A DNA stretch of 61,309 nt, counting the filler, from Hausera hauseri (taxonomy: Eukaryota), in assembly GCA_046269625.1 (NCBI GenBank). It is 7 parts of 7 records of this genome, joined end to end, with 100 filler letters (N's around TTAATTAATTAA, not from the genome) between each part and the next. Parts side by side here need not be neighbours in the genome. Positions count along the whole stretch, not along the records: positions 1 to 10,528 come from JBJURY010174416.1; positions 10,629 to 21,781 come from JBJURY010119985.1; 5 more parts are not named here. The stretch is one strand, 5' to 3'. A model generated the notes under the pieces. The model saw only the letters and a list, made by a program, of their open reading frames with translations, did not search any database and was not told where the DNA came from. Position 1 is the stretch's first letter, and the number at the start of each line of letters is the position of its first letter. Of this stretch, positions 1-11,520 are shown in pieces. Made by a program: the position numbers and the translations under genes.

Positions 1-1750
1 GGGGGAAGTGTTCTAAGGCACGAACTATAGCCAGATGTTCTCAATCAAAAGTTGAATATCTAGTTTCCGGTGGTGTTAATTTTCTGGAAAAGAATTCTGG
101 AGGCTGATTTTCGCCTTTATACAACTGATGTAGTACAGCGCCTACTGCGATGGTTGATGCATCTGTGGTCAAAATGAACTTGGAATCAGACTTAGGAAAT
201 GCTAATATTTCAATAGTCTTTAGTCCTTCTCGTAGCCTATCAAACCTATCGACCTGTTGTGATGTCCGCCACTAAAGTGGGCAAAAGGTGCCGTGAGTTC
301 CGAACAATGTGGAACATATCTGTGGACGAAATGTAAGGTACCAAGAAAACTGCACATTTCTGTATTTGTCCAACTCAGTCAGACTGAGGTGAATGGCCGT
401 TTGATGAAATAATATGTCCATGAAAATTGACGCGTTTTTGGAAGAAGTTACATTTGACAAAATTGATCTGTAGATTGTGCTGGTTAAGTCGTTTGAAGAT
501 AGAGTGTAAATGTTCTTCGTGTTGTCTGATAGAATAAGAATCAACTAAAATATCATCAATATATGGATGCCAAAAGGAAAGTTTGAAAGGATTGAATCGA
601 CGTGTCACTGAAAAGTCTGCGCAGCATTCCGTAGATGGAAAGGCATGTACAAGTACTCATAAAGACCGAAATGTGTAGCAACTGCAGTTTTCTCGATATC
701 TTCCGCTGCGACAGGATTTTGGTGGTACGCTTTGGCTGAACCAAATGTTGAATAGATTGTGGTAGAATTAAGCCGATTTAACATGTCTTTATTCAGAGGT
801 AGTGGGTATGCATCCAATATGGTTAAAGTGCTAAGCAGGCGGTAATCACCGAATGGTTGGAAGGATCAATCTTTTTTTGCACGACGTGGAGAGGCGAAGA
901 CCATGGGGATTTAGATCTGTGAACAATATCTGATTGTTCAAGTTTAAAGAATTCAGCCTCTATGGCCTGCATGCGGCTAGGTGATAATGGACGTATCTTT
1001 TAACAAATGGGTCTTTGGTGTTGTGTAATGATATGGTGGCAGATGTCATTTGCAAGAATGATTTTTCGATCTTTCTGAAGTATACAAGGACAAGAAGAAT
1101 TGATAAATTGTTGCAAACTTGCAGGTAGTTGCAAGATTATTGGAGGTTTTGATGAACCTATGTTGTTAGCGGTACGTGATATATGTACGTTAATTGCTTG
1201 TGCGAAGTCGAGTGGAATCTGATGTAAATGGTCGTTCTAATGACAGTATTTGAGGAAGTGGTTGTGTTTAGTGATTTTAGAGAAGTGACAAAATCATAAT
1301 AACGAAATAAAATATGATTGTTAACAGAATTCTAATTAGGTATTGACTTTTTAGGATTAATTTCCTCCTTATCATTGACTACGCTGTCCTCGGCTTGCTG
1401 TCTATTCGTACGTTACAGTCGCCAGTTGTATTGATTTTCAAACATCGTTCTTTACAATCAATTAACAGGTTGTATTGCGAAAGGAAATCGGAGACAAGAA
1501 TTGCCGTCTAAACGTTATCGACTGTAAACGTCCAGTAAAACGTTGAGGAAAATTTTGGAAGATTGAAAGATAATTTGCGTGTTCCGGAAATACGAAGAGG
1601 TTAACCGGAAGCGGTGTATAAAGGTTTTATTTTAAGTGAAGAATGCTGAACTGAAAAAGAAAGTTGTAGTATTAAGATCGCTGTACCGGTGTCGATGAGA
1701 AAATCTATGGATAGATTGTTTGGAGTAGAGATTACACCTTTTAGTGTAAA
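1..1750 (-). pseudogene. pol: Gypsy pol (protease-RT-RNase H), fragmented
   Basis: ORFs 605-817 and 375-608 carry RT motifs; DTG protease and TDAS RNase H motifs lie in neighbouring frames. Confidence 0.9.
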
Positions 1751-1981
1751 GACTGCAAAAGATATGTGTCGGCAATAAGGATTAATTGAGTTGCCTTTGA
1801 GAGACTGTGCCGTGAGTGCTGGTGGCGAAATCAGTTTTTTGGATTGGTGAGTTTGGGTGGTTATTATTAGATAAACTAGAACGTCTGTCGTTGGTGTAGT
1901 TAGCGTTGTTTTTATAATTGCGTAAGAAATTACTAGGTTTTAGCATCCCATTGCGTTTTCATTAAAGAATCATTGTATGAT

Positions 1982-2365
1982 CTAGTCAACTGATGGTTCT
2001 GTTAGTTTTAATACAGCATTGAACAACTGCGTATGAGGGTCAGGATGTCGAAAGATGTCCAGTAAGTTATAAATTGATGGCTTTATTGAGTTGTGTAGAA
2101 GATGGACTAGATTATGGGCTTCGGTTAACGATTCGGTTATGCCGTTGGACTGTAGCCAAAGTTGATAGAAGTGAAGCCAAGTCTTGCTACAGTTTTCATT
2201 GTCTGTAAAGTATTCGGTGCAATGTGAGGATGTAGTAGAAGTGGTTTTAGGTGAGAAGCTAGGATTAATTGAAGGAGTTTTGTTGGCTGATTTTGGATAA
2301 TAGACAATGAATTTTGGTTTTGTGGTGACCTTATCTGTGAGGTCACTGGCTGGTGAAGATAGCAT
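1982..2365 (-). pseudogene. gag: Gypsy gag-like fragment
   Basis: Upstream of the protease on the same strand; W...F...GIT pattern typical of Gypsy gag N-termini. Confidence 0.55.
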
Positions 2366-2656
2366 GCCACCGCGGATTCTGGGGTGAATGTGTAAACAGA
2401 GGTAGTATTGTGAAGAAGTGATGTGTAAAAGTCTAATTAAGATGAATCTATTGTGAGTCAGATATTAGTCGTTGAGAAGAGTGGTTGTATTGATGAGGTC
2501 ATATAATTGTGTGTTATATATGCGGTATGTATTAATTTATTTACAAAAAAGTGGATGAAAAATGGAGGTAATAAGCATCTAAGTGAGTCATGTAGTATCC
2601 CCGCACATTGCGTCCCGTGCCCTGCAACCGTTAGATGGGCAGCCGAAGACGTGGCT

Positions 2657-2673
2657 CCGTCCCAACGGCACCA
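2657..2673 (-). promoter_or_regulatory. Putative primer-binding site (TGGTGCCGT..., tRNA-His-like), downstream of a possible short LTR 2677-2812 (TG...CA)
   Basis: Minus strand reads ...GACA-ATC-TGGTGCCGTTGGGACGG upstream of gag. The LTR boundary cannot be confirmed without a second LTR. Confidence 0.45.
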
Positions 2674-3099
2674 GATTGTCGAGACAAGGTTATCTCCATC
2701 GGTGAACCCAACCGAAGATGCGGTATGACCACTGGCGTTCTATTGCTTTCTTATGTTGGATATGGAAGTTCTTATCCTTCTGTCTCAAAGTGATTTTCGA
2801 GTTTGTGTCACATTGTCTATTACATAAGAAATACTGTGAATGGCGGTTAGGTGCAATCGAGAAAGGTGCAGAACGTTGGAGGATAAGTGCCTAAGATCTA
2901 TGGGAAAAGATTGAACTGTAATTTTAAGTGTTAAATCGATTTTTTTCGCACGAAAATTATCATTGGGAAGTAAATCGGTGTTTACTGAGTAGCCGAATAC
3001 CGTATAATTGTGTAAGCGCTGAAATTTTAGAAATATAAAGCATTGAGTCTTGGAAAAGTGATACATACGGGAAATACTGAATATTAATGTTATCAATGT

Positions 3100-3495
3100 A
3101 TGAAATATTACTGATGTAGTTAATATAACACTTAATATTTCTTCGGTATCTTCATTTAGAATAAACAATATCTAAGTAAATCTCTGATGCAAGAAACATT
3201 TGAGAATTTAGATTTTATGCAAAATCAGTATTACCTTTGCATTTTGGAAAGAAATAAAATGACTCAACGTGATATAATAAATTTGTTTGGCAAATTACAG
3301 AAGGGTGGTGAATTACCATACTTTATAGGACGTCAGTACTAGGAAATTGGAAGTAGACATTAAATCGATTTGCATGATTTTTGGTAGACATTTTGGTTTG
3401 TCAATGACTAAAACTGTAGGTACAGCTGCACTGAAAGCTGCAAACGATGCTATATTTAATAAGAAAACTATAAATGAAAAGTTTTATAAAAATGC
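3100..3495 (+). pseudogene. Polinton remnant: penton C-terminus followed by cupiennin-like gene
   Basis: SVLPLHFGKK* (ends 3257) then MTQRDIINLFGKLQKGGELPYFIGRQY (from 3259), homologous to contig-2 SLTIHFG and QQGGELLYFLGEQY in the same gene order. Confidence 0.75.
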
Positions 3496-3520
3496 CGGTT
3501 CTGGGACACCCCCCTCGGGC

Positions 3521-3646
3521 AAATTGCGCAACTTCAGGTGTAAATTGCGTCACTTCCGGTCCAAATTGTGTCACATCCGGAGGAAATTGCGCAATTTCCA
3601 TCGAAAGTTGCGCAATTTCCACAGGAATTTTCGCAATTTCCGGGCA
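3521..3646. repeat. Six-copy 21-bp tandem repeat (AAATTGCG(T/C)(C/A)A(C/T)TTCCGG-like)
   Basis: Units start at 3521, 3542, 3563, 3584, 3605, 3626. Confidence 0.9.
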
Positions 3647-3947
3647 GGAAATGACGCAAAAATTGTGTAGTAGGCGTGTCCTGATGAAAAAGCCGTAAGG
3701 ACACGGGGAAATTGATCTGAAAGAAAAAGGGGTTTTTGGGGAATTGCGTGTGACGGAAGAAAAATAATGCAATTTTCTATTCATGGTAGACGTAGGCACA
3801 TCACGGCGCATCGGATGGTATAAGGATTGTAGGGATCACTCTTCCGAATGGTCCGTAAAAGGGTATGCCGGTTCTGGAACAGCGGTGAAAATGACCGGAA
3901 AGTCAACACCTCAGCCCGTAGGAGGCGTACGGAGTTCGGTTTGGTGT

Positions 3948-4771
3948 CATTCGATTCCTCTCAATGAGCTGAGTTGAATGGACCACAAAGTGATGTGATT
4001 GGTTTGTACGGGCCGGAGTTATGAGCAGAAAAGTGAGCTCAAAAATTTTTTTGTTTTGAGTACTACTCAAAAACTAAATGCGATATGGTAAATTTTTATG
4101 TTCCATAGAGTAGTACATGTGAAACGCTATTGCTCGGTATCCAAATGGAGTTGGTGTGATGATTCGAATGAGTACAAATCAATTGTGCGCTAGAGCGATT
4201 TAAAGCATCTGAAAACGGGAAAAAACCGACTAACTTCGTAACTGTAGTGATTATGGCGTCACGTCACATATCATTAGAAAGGTAATGATGAGACGAATCG
4301 AATGGTATATAGTATGGAGTCAACGGACTCACCTCGGCTGAGTAGGGGGATTAGGGAAATTTTTTACATTTTTCGGGTTGGTATCGGAACCAATAGACAT
4401 ATTGCCTTTTTCTCTGTGCGGTTGATCTAGTCATGTCAGCCCGATTCGAATGATATATAACATGCTTAGGTAACTCTTCAGGTGGCCCGACAAAGTATAT
4501 GCCGGTTCTGGAACAGTTGAGGGTTTTCAGGCAAATTTCCAATAATGTCCAACAGCTCAGCCGACAACAGACCGATTGAGTCCGTTCGGGTATCGTTTGA
4601 CACATCACATTGTGCTGCGTCAAATGGACGCTTGCGGACTGTATCGGTCGTAGTTATGAGCGGAAGACGACGCAACAACAACGGTTTTAGGGGTCGGGAA
4701 ATGACCTATAGCCCCGTAACTGTAGTCGATATGGGTACCGTTCGATTCGTTTCACTGAGACGAATCGAACG
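3948..4771. repeat. Dispersed array of ~33-bp dyad-symmetric sites (12-bp arm, 9-bp spacer, 12-bp arm)
   Basis: Perfect arms CGTTCGATTCGT/ACGAATCGAACG at 4739-4771; imperfect copies at 3948-3980, 4272-4304, 4419-4452, 4594-4626. Confidence 0.7.
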
Positions 4772-5000
4772 ACGTCGAAATTAACGTGATTGGACCAGAG
4801 GGAACCATGTATGCAAGAAAGTTTGAGTACTGAGTAAAGTGCATGATACGTTGTGCTCAGCATATGTGTATGTATATAAAGGCGTGAATACATTTTATTC
4901 CTTGTTTTAAATAATTGCAAAAAAAATCATTTACAAGGTCATTGTGCAGTATATATAAAGGAAAGGAAAAGAAAAAAGCTTTATTTGTTCTGTGGAGAAA

Positions 5001-5321
5001 ATGTCTGCGATTGATTTAAAACTTGCAATTGAAGAAATTGAGGTTTTTGTTTCGTTATTTTTTTATAATGTTTTTTTTCAATAGATGATGCAGGAACAAA
5101 TTAAAATGCTGTGGAATGAGCTACATACACCATTTAACATATCAGAAAATGGTTTAGCATCCGAATTACTCACACAGCGATGTATGGAAAAATTAAAGTT
5201 TATGGAGCCGTATTTAGGTCGTTTGCAGATGAAACTAATATATCAACATAATCAAATTCTCCTATTGAAAGTGTTAATCAATTCCTATATTGTGAGAAAC
5301 GAATCATTTGGCAATGAATAA
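5001..5321 (+). CDS. Small spliced hypothetical protein (exons 5001-5042 and 5085-5321, 92 aa)
   Basis: ATG at 5001; 42-nt GT...AG intron with polypyrimidine tract restores frame; TATATAAAGG boxes at ~4873 and ~4952; AATAAA overlapping the stop. Confidence 0.55.
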
Positions 5322-5625
5322 ATGTTTTTGTTTGACCTTTTCTTATCTTCAACGCTCTAATAGTTAATGTCAACATTGTTTATTATGTTGTATGAGCATA
5401 GTCCAACATTTTATTATGTCATATGCTCATACTTTACATTACTCTGTAGATTGTTATGCTCAAAGGTAAGCACTATTGTTTACACTATACAACGATATAA
5501 TCAAGCATCATTTCAATCAGAATTATATTTATTCTCTTGTACTATTTAGTACAATCACTTTATTTCAAACAAACATGAATAAAGTATGTATATTGATTGA
5601 CTTTTTTCTCTTATTACATTTATAG

Positions 5626-6010
5626 TGCAAATTAACCAAACCTCAGGCGATGAATCCCCCACAGTATTATGGAATTAATAGAAACGGATTAACATACTTT
5701 GTTTGCCCCGAATGTCAATTGGCAGAAAACATTCCGTTCTTACAATTTATGGACAAACATAAATCTCATTTAACAACATTCCAGAAAAAAAGAAGAGATT
5801 TTACAGTTATCTTTAACCAATCCTCAGCCACAGCAGCAGCAGCATGAGATAAATCCAGCACAGTATTATGGAATTAATAAAAACGGATTTACATACTTTG
5901 TTTGCCCCGAATGTCAATTGGCAGAAAATATTCCGTTCTTAGAATTCATGATAAATATAAATCTCATTTAACAACATTCCAGGAAAAAAAGAAAAGAGAT
6001 ATTTTACAGT
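5626..6010 (+). repeat. Two tandem copies of a CxxC...H-x2-H zinc-finger-coding unit upstream of pPolB
   Basis: QYYGINRNGLTYFVCPECQLAENIPFLQFMDKHKSHL at ~5650-5800, near-identical second copy at ~5851-6010 (frameshifted, one His to Tyr) running into the PolB frame. Confidence 0.8.
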
Positions 6011-9000
6011 TATCAATTGCAAATACAGATTTATCTACGATGGCAGGAACATTAAACAGAAAAAGAAATTCTCAGCAGGTAGTAGACCATACTGTGAATA
6101 AAAAAACCAGTCGAAAACGAGCACCGGTCAAACAATCCATGAATAGAAGAATACAGGAATATGAAATTGAACCGGAGAATGATTCAGATTTTGGGAATAT
6201 TTCACAGTTTTTGGACAATTCAAAGATGGAGATTACCAATATCATACAGGATTCTCTACAAAGTTTACAATCAATCAAAGTGAATTTTTTTCTTGAAGCT
6301 ATTTATACGAATATAGATAGTGAGATTGCCAAACGAGCATTTAAAACATCTAGTAAACCCGTATTAATGGATACAGATATTGGTGAATTAATTGATTCTG
6401 AATATAAAAAGCTCATCCATGAATCCGATGAAAGTGAAGCAAAGAAGAGTGGTTGGACACTGGAGAAAATCAAAAAAGTCAATGTTCGCATATACAAATA
6501 TTCTCCACTTTCCGGATCTTCATACATTCCGCTTCCTGATTGGATTATACGAACTAAATCGTGTATCAATGTCAAAAATTTCAGAGACAATTTATGCTTC
6601 AAATATTCAATACTTGCAAGCCTTCTCATTAATCAGAATGAAAACAGTCCACACCGAGCAAACAAGTATGACAATTTACAACATTCATACGATTTTTCAT
6701 GTATACAATTTCCACCCAATATGCATGATATTGAAAAATTCGAGAAAGCAAACAATATATCCATTAACGTATTCGGAATTGATGAAGAAACGAACAAAGT
6801 TTATCCACTGAAAATTTGCAAGACTGAAAAGGATGATCACCGTGATTTGTTACTGCTGATCGAGAACAATATTGCTGCAGATAATAGAAGTCATTTTGTA
6901 TACATACGAAATTTCGAAAAATTAATTGGCTCACAAATTACAAAACATAAGCACCGAATATTTATTTGCAAGAGATGTTTAGTTCATTATTACCAACAAA
7001 ATCAATTAGATGAACATAAACTGTACTGTACTGCTGAAAAACAGGCTCTTCGAGTGGAATTCCCCGAAGAAGATGAAATTCAATTTAAGGAATACGAAAA
7101 AACCGTTCGTGTACCTGTGGTAATATATTGTGATTTTGAATCTATTCTGAAACCAGTACACACTTGCAATCCACAAAACGGTATATCAAGTACGACAACG
7201 AAGCAAATACATGAACCTTTGTCATTTTGTATATTTGCCAAGGGCTATAGCAATGAACCTTATCTATATCGAGGACCTAATGCCTCTGCCGTATTCATGT
7301 CAACATTGGAAACAATTGCGAAGGATATTGAGAAAAAAATTATGGACAATCCTACGTTAGAATTACAGAAAGACGAAAAAGTTCAGTATGACCGTGCTAC
7401 AGTGTGTTATCTTTGTGATAATCCATTCTCGAACCAAGACCGAAATTTCAAAATACCTGATTACGATAATTTCACAAGGAAATATCGAGGCGCAGCATGT
7501 AATAATTGTCATATTCGATGTAAACGGATCGGATTTTTTGTTCCAGTTGTTTTTCATAATCTATCCGGATATGACTCACACTTTTTCATTCGGGAACTCG
7601 GTGAAACACAAGGAAGAATAACTGTCATCCCACATAATGAAGAACGGTATATCACGTTCACAAAATATATCGGGAAAGTTGAACTTCGATTCATAGATAG
7701 TTTTAAATTCATGTCCAGTAGTCTTGATGAATTGGTGAGAAATTTACCACTCGACGCCTTTATTGAAACAGTGAGACATTTTAATGATAATCGCCTTTAT
7801 AATTTGATACGACGGAAAGGTATATTTCCATATGAATATATCACCGACTGGGACAAACTTGAAGAATCATCACTTCCACCGAAAAATGAATTTTTCAGCT
7901 CATTATGCCAGTCGAATATATCCGATGAAGAATACAAACATGCGGAAAACGTTTGGCGTGTGTTCAATTGTCAAAATCTCGGTCAGTACAGTGACATATA
8001 TTTGAAGACCGATGTCTTACTATTGACTGATGTATTTGAGAGATTCCGTGATGTTACAATGACATCACACAAAGTTGATCCAGCCCATTATTTCACAGCA
8101 CCCGGAATGGCGTGGAGCGCAATGCTAAAAATGACGAAAGTTAAATTACAGATAATCAAAGACTACGATATGGTGCTGATGCTGGAGAACGGTATTCGAG
8201 GTGGATTGTGTCAGGTTGTACACCGGTATGCGGAGGCAAACAACAAGCATATGATAGGCAAATACGACGAAAGTAAAGAGTCCGTGTACATTACATATCT
8301 TGACGCTAATCATTTATATGGATGGGCAATGTCAAATTACCTACCGTATGCGGATTTCCAATGGATAACATGGAATGGTGATATGGACGGTGACATACTT
8401 AATATTAGCGCAACAGCATCGACGGGGTATATATTCGAAGTAGACATTGAGTATCCGGAGAGTCTACATGACGAACATGACCAGTTACCATTTTTACCGG
8501 AAACAACTAAACCACCAAATGAAAAAATAAAAAAATTAATACCGCATCTGGGAAATAGAACAAGGTACGTTGTGCATTATCAATACCTACAGCAAGCCGT
8601 TAGACATGGATTGAAAATCCGGAAAATTCACCGAACAATTCAGTTTAAGCAATCTTCATGGTTACAGCCATATATCCAATTTAATACAGATTTACGAACA
8701 ATGGCTCAGAATAAATTTGAGAAAGACCAATTCAAGTTGTACAATAACGCTGTATTCGGAAAAACCATGGAGAACATCAGAAATCGGCAGCATATCGAGC
8801 TGGTTAATGAATGGAAAAAGGCAAGGAAACTTATCGCTAAGGCAAACTTTCTCAACGCTCAGATTTACACGGAAAAACTTGTTAGCATCCATCTGGCTAA
8901 AACTCGACTGGAATTTAACAAACCCATCTACGTTGGACTGTGCATTTTAGACATGAGTAAAGTGCTCATGTATCAATTTCATTACGATGTAATTTTACCT

Positions 9001-9499
9001 AAATTTGGGTTAGACCGATTACAGTTACTATACATGGACACGGACTCTCATGTACAGAATTCAGTCGTCGGATATATTTGAGGAGTTTAAGGAAATGTCA
9101 GCGTTTTTAGATACATCTGATTATCCACCTTCACATCCGAATTATTCAACGGAAAACAAATTGGTTCTTGGAAAATTCAAAGACGAAGTTAACGGAGCAA
9201 TAATCACAAGATTTGTGGGTCTTCGTCCGAAAATGTACGCTTTAGAAATTGAAGGAGGTGATATTATTAAAAAGCGTGCAAAGGGTGTTCAGAGAGCAGT
9301 ACTGCAGAAAAATATTACATTTGATGATTATGAAAAAACTTTGTATGAACAGCAAAATATGATACATACAATGCATGCTATCAGATCACGCTCCCATACA
9401 GTGACAACGGTACAGATTCAGAAAATCAGTCTCAATAAGAATGATAACAAACGTGTTATTCAAGCTGATGGAATACACACAGTATCACATATATTATAA
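5902..9499 (+). CDS. polB: Polinton/Maverick protein-primed B-family DNA polymerase (TP-like N-terminus, vOTU-like protease, exonuclease with EndoVII-like insert, polymerase); one frameshift at ~9049
   Basis: Exo YCDFES, HNLSGYD, YLKTDV; Pol YLDANHLYG, KLYNNAVFGKT, YMDTDS; C-terminal LGKFKDE...LRPKMYA...KRAKGV in ORF 9050-9499. First ATG typical of the TP region is at 6040. Confidence 0.95.
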
Positions 9500-9592
9500 A
9501 TATGTTAATAAAGTTTTTTGTTGTCTTTCTTCCATACATACTTAAACTAAATTTGATAATGAAATTTTTATAAACAATCTTTTATTTCTTAC

Positions 9593-9910
9593 ATGATGTC
9601 CTCCAGTTTCAAGAGTTGCACCATCCTTCTTTCCGCTTTCAATTAAATCCATGATTTTATCAAATTGAACCCGATCGATCTAAACAACATAGCACAGTAT
9701 TTCCTTTCGTTTTTCTATTACTTACTTGTGGACCATGTTCGGTTTTATCATCAAACGGACTGCCGATTACTTTCTTTTCGGCTAGAGCCTTCAATTTTTT
9801 CACGAATTCATCATATATACTCGCCTCAACAAACGTTCGTGTGCCGGCCACGCAACACTGACCCTGATTTGTCATACATGCTTCGTGGGCCATAGCTGCA
9901 GCTGCATCTA
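9593..9910 (-). CDS. Aldehyde dehydrogenase (ALDH1/2-like), two internal exons (9726-9910, 9593-9679), partial
   Basis: [23 protein letters not shown]...[13 protein letters not shown] | [27 protein letters not shown], including the catalytic Cys; 46-nt GT-AG intron and flanking splice sites. Confidence 0.9.
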
Positions 9911-10528
9911 CTGAAAAAACATTACATATAAATAAATCAGCACACCCTTTCCAAAAGAATTTTATTTATTTTAGGAAAAAACCTTTCTCGATATAAACTA
10001 AAGAAATAATTTTCAAAAATTTTCTAAGTTTAATATATAGAGATTAACTCTCGATTATGTAATTCGGCGTTTTAGCTATAACTCGAGAACCAAGCAAAAT
10101 TACCTTGTGAAACTTATACCGTTCGACGCAGAATTAAAATCTTTACAAATTTCATGTTGAGAAAAGTTTTGTAGCTTTTGTAAATTTTGTGCTAGCACAT
10201 ATTTTGCGCTGTAGCACACATCCGAAACATCTTTGTCCAAGCAATATAAATACCAGTCGATGCGGAATTAAATTCTGCACAAAATGGCTAATCCAAAAAA
10301 AATTATTTCAAAACTTTTCTTTTGAAAATTTTTGGGAAATCGCGGGGGAAATGCGTGGAGACTGCATGCGTTGGGAGTGTATGCATGAAATCAATCGATT
10401 TTGACGGTTTTTCTGTATCAAGACCTTTAAGAGTTAATAACTTTGGAACTCCTATGAATATTTTAATGCATATAGTATCGTTCGATTCTCTGGAACGAAC
10501 TTATTATACTCATAAAATAGCATTTAAA

Positions 10529-10628
10529 NNNNNNNNNNNNNNNNNNNNNNNNNNNNNNNNNNNNNNNNNNNNTTAATTAATTAANNNNNNNNNNNNNNNN
10601 NNNNNNNNNNNNNNNNNNNNNNNNNNNN
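10529..10628. other. Artificial contig linker
   Basis: N44-TTAATTAATTAA-N44. Confidence 0.98.
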
Positions 10629-11362
10629 AAGTTTGAAGGTGAATTTTGGACGGTAATTTTACAGAACTCGTTAAATTGGACGAAATTATTCTCCTAGACT
10701 TCTATGAAGTTAGTTATTTATATCACTTATGTTACAAAAATATTTTCAGAACTTCACTATTTTGTCAGTGCAAAATCAAAATTTATGAAATTATAATACC
10801 GGGATTTAAAATAATTTAACTAGAAAATTGAGTAACTTTACTTTTTTAAGAAAAATATTTAATTTCAAAGTTTGGAGTCTTGTTTGAATTTCTTAACATT
10901 CAGTATTATCTTGCAAGATCAAGCGTACAAATTTTTCGTTTTTATTTTTTTTTATGAAATTAGAATTTCACAAACGTACGATTTGCTTAAATACAGATCT
11001 GTAGGCAATGTAACGTTGTGGCACAATCAATAGAGCCGCTCAGCATTACAGTTGAACTTACAAGGACACGAATTTTACTGAAAATCTGGTTTCCATAGTG
11101 AGAGGTGCGAAGATAATGCCGATTAATAGTATGAAAACAAAATTTCCGAGAAAGCCAAAATAATTTTGAATAAAGCTTCAATACCTTTCTCGAACAAATA
11201 TTCTTACAATATTCGCTTTGTAGCGTTTGTTTGATGTTCTGCTGAAATAAAAAATAATCATCGAATTGGGCCCGTGGTCAGTCATGTGCACAGCTACATT
11301 GTACAAATACTATTATGAAAGAAAAGGAAAAATATGTTCGGCTCCAACCCCCCTGGGGTACC

Positions 11363-11520
11363 GTAACCTTGGAACAGCACAATGGGAACCGTCTCGAGGT
11401 GCCCGTTGCTATGGACACGGTCCTATGACAACCGTTGTTAAATGCCCCGTTGCCATTGGATCGTTACCAGGGCAACCGATGCCTAGTGGTGGTTGTTATG
11501 GTAACTATATACATGGCAAC
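11363..11520. promoter_or_regulatory. Cluster of RFX X-box-like palindromes
   Basis: GTTGCTATGGACAC 11405-11418, GTTACCAGGGCAAC 11463-11476, GTTGTTATGGTAAC 11492-11505, plus half sites. Confidence 0.5.

Larger units (their letters stand above)
1..2812 (-). mobile_element. Decayed Ty3/Gypsy LTR retrotransposon (5' part: LTR/PBS, gag, PR, RT, RNase H), truncated by the window edge
   Basis: Minus-strand fragments in Gypsy order: gag-like ORF 1982-2365, protease FLIDTG (~1683-1703), RT DAYPLP...AYHQ...KTAVATHFGLYEY...AAQTFQ and YIDDILV, RNase H LTTDAS...VGAVL (~135-175). Many stops and frameshifts. Confidence 0.9.

Noticed and set aside
3401-3811. ORFs across the 21-bp repeat (KLRNF/EVAQF heptads)
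   Set aside because: Open frames are a by-product of a repeat whose period is a multiple of three.
3521-4771. CRISPR-like repeat-spacer appearance
   Set aside because: The 21-mers have no spacers, the 33-bp dyads are too degenerate and widely spaced, there are no cas genes and the context is eukaryotic.
6072-8950. Short antisense and alternate-frame ORFs within PolB (and similarly within gag, pol, env)
   Set aside because: Shadow ORFs of real coding sequence with no motifs.
10529-10628. TTAATTAATTAA motif recurring six times; ORFs running into X residues
   Set aside because: Artificial six-frame-stop linker; ORFs touching it are truncated or spurious.
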